Source: Abditibacterium sp.
GTDB lineage: Bacteria; Armatimonadota; Abditibacteriia; Abditibacteriales; Abditibacteriaceae
NCBI GenBank assembly: GCA_965199495.1
Contig: CBDASK010000003.1
Location: 3,808,001 to 3,872,000, forward strand
DNA: 64,000 nt
Reading direction: 5' to 3'
The notes under the pieces were generated by a model. The model made no database searches and was not told the origin of the DNA. It saw only the letters and a program-made list of their open reading frames with translations. Positions 59,029 through 64,000 of the stretch are shown here, piece by piece; positions within the stretch are counted from its first letter, which is position 1, and every line of letters starts with the position of its first letter. Made by a program: the position numbers and the translations under genes.

Positions 59029-59106
59029 CAGCGGGGCTGACGCCTCCTTCCAATCGATAAAGTTCCTAAAAAGCCCGTTGATTGGAAGGAGGCGTCAGCC
59101 CCGCTG
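59029..59106. repeat. REP-like inverted repeat, GCGGGGCTGACGC family (copy 2)
   Basis: CAGCGGGGCTGACGCCTCCTTCCAATC ... GATTGGAAGGAGGCGTCAGCCCCGCTG. Confidence 0.9.
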
Positions 59107-59148
59107 TTGTAGTCTCTACCCTGTTAAGGGCTATATCTTCCATCCCCT

Positions 59149-60666
59149 ATGAAAAAGCCCCTCAACGTTTTGCTTATCACCAGCGACCAGCAACATTGGA
59201 CGGCGTTGGGCGCGGTCAACGACAAAATTAAAACGCCCAATCTCGACCGTTTATGCACCCAAGGCACACGTTTCACCCGCGCTTATTGTCCCAACCCAAC
59301 TTGCACGCCGACGCGCGCTTCGATCCTCACCGGGCAATACCCTTCGACGCACGGCGCGTGGAGTCTGGGCACCAAACTGAGCGAAGATGCTCTCACCGTC
59401 GGCGACATTTTTCGCGATAACGGTTACCAGACTTTTCTCATCGGCAAAGCGCATTTTCAGCCGCTCGCCAGCGCGCCCGATCAAATGTCGGTCGAGTGTC
59501 AGCCGACGCTACGCGATTTAGATTTCTGGCGCGCGTTCAACGACACTCACACGCCGTGGTATGGTTTCGATCACGTCGAACTGGCGCGCAATCACGCCGA
59601 CGAAGCGCACGCCGGGCAACATTACGCGATTTGGCTCGAAGAACACGGCTTGACAAACTGGCGCGACTATTTCAGCGACCCGGAAACCGGCCAGCCCCAA
59701 CGTTATGGCGCGTGGGATTTGCCCGCCGAACTGCATTACACAACGTGGACGGCAGAGCGCACGATTGCTTCAATTGAAGCAGCCACGGCGGCGGGTAAGC
59801 CGTTCTTTGGCTGGGCGAGTTTTCACGATCCGCATCTGCCTTATCTTGTGCCCAGCCCGTGGTCAGAAATGTATAATCCCGCCGACATGGAGCCGGGAAC
59901 ATTGCTCGAAAACGAGATGGAATTGCTGCCCGAACATTTCCGCCTGACGCAACAAGAAAACCCCGATTATTCGGCGTATCGCGAAACTCGATTCGAGAAT
60001 CACGGTTTTCATACTCATCTGCAAGACGCCGAAAAAGGCCAGCGCGACATGGCTCTTTATTATGGCATGGTCAGTTTCATGGACGAGCAAATCGGGCGCA
60101 TTTTGGATGCGTTAGACGAGCAGGGCATCGCCGAGAATACGCTCCTTGTTTTCACGACCGATCACGGACATTTTCTGGGACAGCACGGTTTGTGGTTCAA
60201 AGGCGCGTTTCACTACGAGGATGTTTTGCGGTTGCCGTTCATCGCCCGTTGGCCCAATCACATTGCGGCGGGCGCTCAATGCGACGCGTTGCAAAGTCTG
60301 GTAGATTTGGCGCCGACGTTTCTGGCCGCGTGCGAATTGCCGGTTCCCGGTTCGATGCAGGGCGTGAACCAGTTGCCGGTTTGGGAGGGCGAATCCGAAA
60401 GTGCGCGCGACGAAGTCATCGTCGAATTTCGCCATCAGCCGACGCGTGTTCACCTGCGCACTCTCGTGACGGAGCGTTATAAATTGACGATTTATCGCGA
60501 GCAAAATTATGGCGAACTGTTCGATTTGCACGCCGATCCCGACGAACGCCGCAACCTGTGGGACGACGTGGCTGCATCGGGCGTCAAGGCCGAAATGTTT
60601 CAAAAGTTAGCTTACGCCGAAATCCGCCGCGAACCGACGACACTTTCGCGGATCGCGGGCGCGTGA
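59149..60666 (+). CDS. Formylglycine-dependent sulfatase
   Basis: NVLLITSDQ, CTPTRASILTG (CxPxR), GKAH, DPHLP, TDHG. Confidence 0.95.
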   Translation: MKKPLNVLLITSDQQHWTALGAVNDKIKTPNLDRLCTQGTRFTRAYCPNPTCTPTRASILTGQYPSTHGAWSLGTKLSEDALTVGDIFRDNGYQTFLIGKAHFQPLASAPDQMSVECQPTLRDLDFWRAFNDTHTPWYGFDHVELARNHADEAHAGQHYAIWLEEHGLTNWRDYFSDPETGQPQRYGAWDLPAELHYTTWTAERTIASIEAATAAGKPFFGWASFHDPHLPYLVPSPWSEMYNPADMEPGTLLENEMELLPEHFRLTQQENPDYSAYRETRFENHGFHTHLQDAEKGQRDMALYYGMVSFMDEQIGRILDALDEQGIAENTLLVFTTDHGHFLGQHGLWFKGAFHYEDVLRLPFIARWPNHIAAGAQCDALQSLVDLAPTFLAACELPVPGSMQGVNQLPVWEGESESARDEVIVEFRHQPTRVHLRTLVTERYKLTIYREQNYGELFDLHADPDERRNLWDDVAASGVKAEMFQKLAYAEIRREPTTLSRIAGA

Positions 60667-60723
60667 GAACGTGTTCTGTATCGTTTTGCGCAGTTGAGCG
60701 ATAGTCACCTAATTAGCTTTCCT

Positions 60724-60860
60724 CTTTGTCATTCTGAGCGAAGAGAGGGACGAACGAAGTCGAAGAATCCAACGGTTGCGTATTAACTTTGCTTTTGCCT
60801 CGCCCAGAGTCATGGATTCTTCGACTTCGTTCGTCCCTCTCTTCGCTCAGAATGACAAAG
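60724..60860. repeat. Perfect 48-bp-arm palindromic element (TGTCATTCTGAGCG type)
   Basis: 60724-60771 is the exact reverse complement of 60813-60860. Confidence 0.92.
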
Positions 60861-60903
60861 TGGGAGAAATAATTGATTCTAATCGCGTAAAATAGTGAAT
60901 AAT

Positions 60904-61539
60904 TTAACGCCCGAAAAATCGGTTTTCCAGCGCAATTGCCAGCGCGTGATAGATTGGCAGATGGCGCTCCTGAATTTCGTGCGTCACATCGCAGGGCACG
61001 CAAATCGTAATGTCGCAGAGCGCTTTCATCGCGCCGCCGCTGTGGCCAGTTAGACCGATAGTTTGGAGGCCTTTAACTTTGGCGACGCGCAGCGCGTTCA
61101 GCACATTCGTCGAGTTGCCCGAAGTCGTGATGGCCAGCAAAACGTCGCCACTTTGGCCGTAGCCCCAGACCTGCTGAGCGAACATCGCATCGGGCGCGCC
61201 ATCATTAGCTACGGCGGTCGAGAGCGAATTGTGGCCGGTGAGGGCAATTGCGGGCAAGGCGCCTTCCAATTGGGCAGCCACGGCGGCGCCTTCGGCGCCA
61301 AAATAGTCGGCAAAACGCGCGCGCTCGGCGCTCGAAAGCGCGCGCTTGAGAATGAAACCCTTCATCAATTCGGCGACCAGATGTTCGCTGTCGGCGGCGC
61401 TGCCGCCGTTGCCGCACACCAAAAGTTTGCTGCCGCTCGCGAAACTGCGCTCTAACATCGCGCACGCGTTTTCGATGTCGGCGTGACACGGCTGGAGATC
61501 GGGATAATTGCGCACGAGGGCGGAAAAAACGGGATTCAT
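60904..61539 (-). CDS. gmhA: D-sedoheptulose 7-phosphate isomerase (SIS domain)
   Basis: CGNGGSAADSEH, TAVAND, TSGNS, IQERHL. Confidence 0.88.
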   Translation of the reverse strand: MNPVFSALVRNYPDLQPCHADIENACAMLERSFASGSKLLVCGNGGSAADSEHLVAELMKGFILKRALSSAERARFADYFGAEGAAVAAQLEGALPAIALTGHNSLSTAVANDGAPDAMFAQQVWGYGQSGDVLLAITTSGNSTNVLNALRVAKVKGLQTIGLTGHSGGAMKALCDITICVPCDVTHEIQERHLPIYHALAIALENRFFGR

Positions 61540-61640
61540 AAATTGCGGATGTCGCGAGTTTAACAAGCGCTCGCGCGCTGATTTTTTCGCTTCGCCCGAT
61601 GGAGGCGGCGCGGTTAAACTTGTAAGTTAGTTAAATTGCC

Positions 61641-62111
61641 ATGAATTCCGCTATTTCTTCTTCGCCACTTGCGCTCGACCGCGTGCGCGCGCAGTTCGAC
61701 TCGTTGCTACGCGCAACTGGCATTTCGCCCGACGCGCCCGATTTGAACGCGACATGGAACGCTTTTACTCAGTTCGCGCGGGTGGAAGTCGCTTGCGACG
61801 AAGAAAGTTTGTTTTTCGAGTGCGGCCCGTCTTCGACCGATGAAAGCCGCTTTTACGTGAATTTCACGCGCACGTTTTTCGGGCGCGACGCGGGCAATCA
61901 CTTTTGGTCGAGCGAATTGAACTGCGATTTTCTGTTTGAAAACACCGAAGATTTGGAAGTGTTGGGCGCGACCATTGAAGCCGAGGAATTCGACGAAAAC
62001 CCCAACGAGCGCGCCCGGTTTTTCGAGCAGGTCGCCAATCAGCAAAAGTTGTGGGATGCGTTGCAGGGCCGCCAAAGTCTGGCGACGACGATTTATTTTG
62101 GCGAATCGTAA
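61641..62111 (+). CDS. Hypothetical protein
   Basis: 156-aa acidic ORF with host-like codon usage. Confidence 0.65.
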   Translation: MNSAISSSPLALDRVRAQFDSLLRATGISPDAPDLNATWNAFTQFARVEVACDEESLFFECGPSSTDESRFYVNFTRTFFGRDAGNHFWSSELNCDFLFENTEDLEVLGATIEAEEFDENPNERARFFEQVANQQKLWDALQGRQSLATTIYFGES

Positions 62112-62132
62112 AAAGAAAATTAGAAATTTGCC

Positions 62133-62161
62133 TTGACTGAATGGGCCGTGCGCGTTATCCT
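62133..62161 (+). promoter_or_regulatory. sigma70-like promoter of the tRNA pair
   Basis: TTGACT-17 nt-TATCCT preceded by an A-rich UP-like tract. Confidence 0.7.
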
Positions 62162-62196
62162 TTTTCTTCGCGTTGAGAAACGCATAGCGTTCGAGT

Positions 62197-62267
62197 GGCT
62201 CTGTGGCCGAGGGGTTAGGCACCGGTCTGCAAAACCGTTTACACCGGTTCGACTCCGGTCGGAGCCT
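62197..62267 (+). tRNA. tRNA-Cys(GCA)
   Basis: Acceptor GGCTCTG/CGGAGCC, anticodon loop CTGCAAA, T-arm GGTTCGACTCC; CCA not encoded. Confidence 0.95.
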
Positions 62268-62295
62268 TTTTGGAAATCCAAAAGGTTTCTAGTTT

Positions 62296-62367
62296 TGGGG
62301 AATGGCCAAATGGTAAGGCACCTGTCTCTGGATCAGGCGATTCTAGGTTCGAGTCCTAGTTCCCCAG
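62296..62367 (+). tRNA. tRNA-Gln(CTG)
   Basis: Acceptor TGGGGAA/TTCCCCA (U1-A72 typical of Gln), anticodon loop CTCTGGA, T-arm GGTTCGAGTCC; CCA not encoded. Confidence 0.93.
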
Positions 62368-62380
62368 TTTTTATAATCTA

Positions 62381-62416
62381 AAAAACGCCCGCGATTTAAT
62401 TATCGCGGGCGTTTTT
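62381..62416. terminator. Bidirectional terminator
   Basis: AAAAACGCCCGCGAT..ATCGCGGGCGTTTTT between the tRNAs and the ankyrin gene. Confidence 0.85.
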
Positions 62417-63187
62417 ATTTGTATGTTTTTTGCTTAACGCGTTTTGAATTAAGCGAATAAAAGCTGGATTGCCGCCAGCTTTGGCCCATTTGAGCGCCGT
62501 GTTGCCGTTATCCGTGCGGGCGCGAACATCGGCGCCGCGTGCGAGCAGCATTTTGGCGTTGAGTAACGCATCTTCTTGATTATAAAATGAGAGTTGCGCG
62601 GCGTAAATAAGCGCGGTGTCACCCAATTTAGTGGCGACATTAACTTTGGCGCCGTGAGCCAGCAAAATTTTGACGCATTCAGGATTTGAGCAAAGCCCCT
62701 CGCAGGGATAAGCCACGGCGCGCATCAGAGCAGTTTCTCCGGCGTGATTTTGAAAGTTGATGCTGGAGCCTTTGGCAATTAACAATCGCACGGCTTCAGG
62801 ACTGCTGCCCGCCGCTTCCATGAGCGCCGTGTTGCCGTTGGCATCGGCCAGATTGACGTTGGGTTTGTAATTCAAGAACAGTTTCAATAAATCAGTTGAA
62901 TCCACGCCCGTCGTTTCGTCTTCCGGGCCGCCAATAAAACTGACGTTAATCAAAGCCGTGCTGCCTTCCGTATCGCGAGCGTTGACTGAGGCGCCGCGTT
63001 TGAGCAGCGACTTGGCGCGCTCCACATCGTTGTTGTTAATGGCCGCAAACAGCGCGTTATCGAGAACCTTTTGCGTCGGCGTGGCTGCAACTGGCGTCGC
63101 GACAACTGCAACGGACAAAAGCAACGCCACAATGGGCCAGAAAGCGAAAAATTTCTTTCTATTCATAATTTCAATTGATTTTATCAT
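62396..63187 (-). CDS. Secreted ankyrin-repeat protein
   Basis: Repeated GxTALxxA..LLxxGAxVN units; N-terminal signal peptide. Confidence 0.92.
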   Translation of the reverse strand: MIKSIEIMNRKKFFAFWPIVALLLSVAVVATPVAATPTQKVLDNALFAAINNNDVERAKSLLKRGASVNARDTEGSTALINVSFIGGPEDETTGVDSTDLLKLFLNYKPNVNLADANGNTALMEAAGSSPEAVRLLIAKGSSINFQNHAGETALMRAVAYPCEGLCSNPECVKILLAHGAKVNVATKLGDTALIYAAQLSFYNQEDALLNAKMLLARGADVRARTDNGNTALKWAKAGGNPAFIRLIQNALSKKHTNKNARDN

Positions 63188-63314
63188 TTTGGTTTGATGA
63201 AAGTCTGAGCCATCTGTTTCTTCAATCTTTGTAAATGAGCAAAGTTGGCAACTCGCCGCTTAACAACGTAAAATGAAAGGGCGCCGCGTCCGAAGTTTGG
63301 GCGCGCAAGCCTTT

Positions 63315-64000
63315 ATGTTTAGAGCACAACGCACCGCTTCCATTGCCATTATGATGGCGCTCGACGCCGCCGCTCTGGTGCTGGCGTTTTTCATTGTCTG
63401 GCAATTGCGCGCCGGATTGGGCGAATTTCTCGTCGCGCTGGGCAAATTCTTTGGCGCCGATACCTCAAACTGGGTGCGGCGCGCGGCGCAAGTGCCCGTC
63501 GGCGATTACGATCTTACCAAAGTCATGATTTCGAGCAATCCGATGCTCAATATTTCGCGGCATATGTGGGTTCTCTATTTCTCGCTGCTGTCGTGGGGCG
63601 CGTTGCTCTATTTTCAAAAAGGCTACGATGTCGGCGTTTCGCGCGACGCGCGGCGCGAGTTCGCGTTGTGCGCCTACACCGGCTTTCTGGGCACGGTTTC
63701 GCTTTTGGCGTTCATGGCGCTGTTGCAATGGGAAACTTCGCGCTTGTTCCTCGTCGGCTTGCTGGTTGTGGGCGTGCTGATTATGTGGGCCACGCGCGTT
63801 ATCGTCGGGCCGATGGCGCGGCGCGCCTCGCGGCCCAAACGCAACATTTTGCTTATCGGTTCGCAGGATTCGGCGCAACGCTACAAAGCGATGCTCGGAA
63901 CTCCAGCTTATCAATGGAGCCGCCTCATCGGTTACGTGGACGAATCGCGTCCGTCGGCAAACGCCGCGATTGCCGACGAGTTTCTGGGCACCATCGAAGA
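63315..64000 (+). CDS. Polyprenyl-phosphate sugar phosphotransferase (WcaJ-like), 3'-partial
   Basis: Open to the window end; MMALDAAAL..LR, several TM helices, RNILLIG and LIGYVD Rossmann-like segment; catalytic domain outside the window. Confidence 0.75.
   Translation, partial: MFRAQRTASIAIMMALDAAALVLAFFIVWQLRAGLGEFLVALGKFFGADTSNWVRRAAQVPVGDYDLTKVMISSNPMLNISRHMWVLYFSLLSWGALLYFQKGYDVGVSRDARREFALCAYTGFLGTVSLLAFMALLQWETSRLFLVGLLVVGVLIMWATRVIVGPMARRASRPKRNILLIGSQDSAQRYKAMLGTPAYQWSRLIGYVDESRPSANAAIADEFLGTIE

Noticed and set aside
62197..62367. tRNA-anchored genomic island
   Set aside because: No integrase and no duplicated tRNA 3' end within the window.
1..64000. CRISPR array or prophage
   Set aside because: No regularly spaced direct repeats, cas genes or phage structural genes seen.

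Overview
This is a 64-kb, GC-rich (roughly 55-60% by eye) bacterial chromosomal window. Style and gene content suggest Armatimonadota/Abditibacteriota, but that is an unverified inference. Most of it is housekeeping or metabolic genes: lon, nadD, rsfS, tsaC/sua5, nfi, secA, ldh, uxaE, uxaC, smc, catalase, obgE, rbsK, hslU, gmd, threonine ammonia-lyase, a sulfatase, gmhA, tRNA-Cys and tRNA-Gln. It also holds two complete IS elements (IS982-like and IS701-like), a ParDE-like toxin-antitoxin pair and a chimeric pseudogene. Four things are not explained by ordinary annotation. (1) The non-palindromic 9-mer GCAGCCACG occurs about 30 times (hand count; about 1 expected from base composition), evenly on both strands, mostly inside genes, sometimes as inverted pairs, and not in the foreign-looking DNA. 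This is the signature of a DNA-uptake-sequence-like or HIP1-like genomic signal. (2) SecA is giant (2214 aa), with three non-intein insertions, a diverged internal duplication and helix-turn-helix-like repeats. (3) A signal-peptide-bearing ORF and a large hairpin lie directly upstream of secA, in a secM-like position. (4) About 15 gene-less intergenic inverted-repeat elements belong to several distinct families. No CRISPR array, prophage, integron or rRNA was seen.
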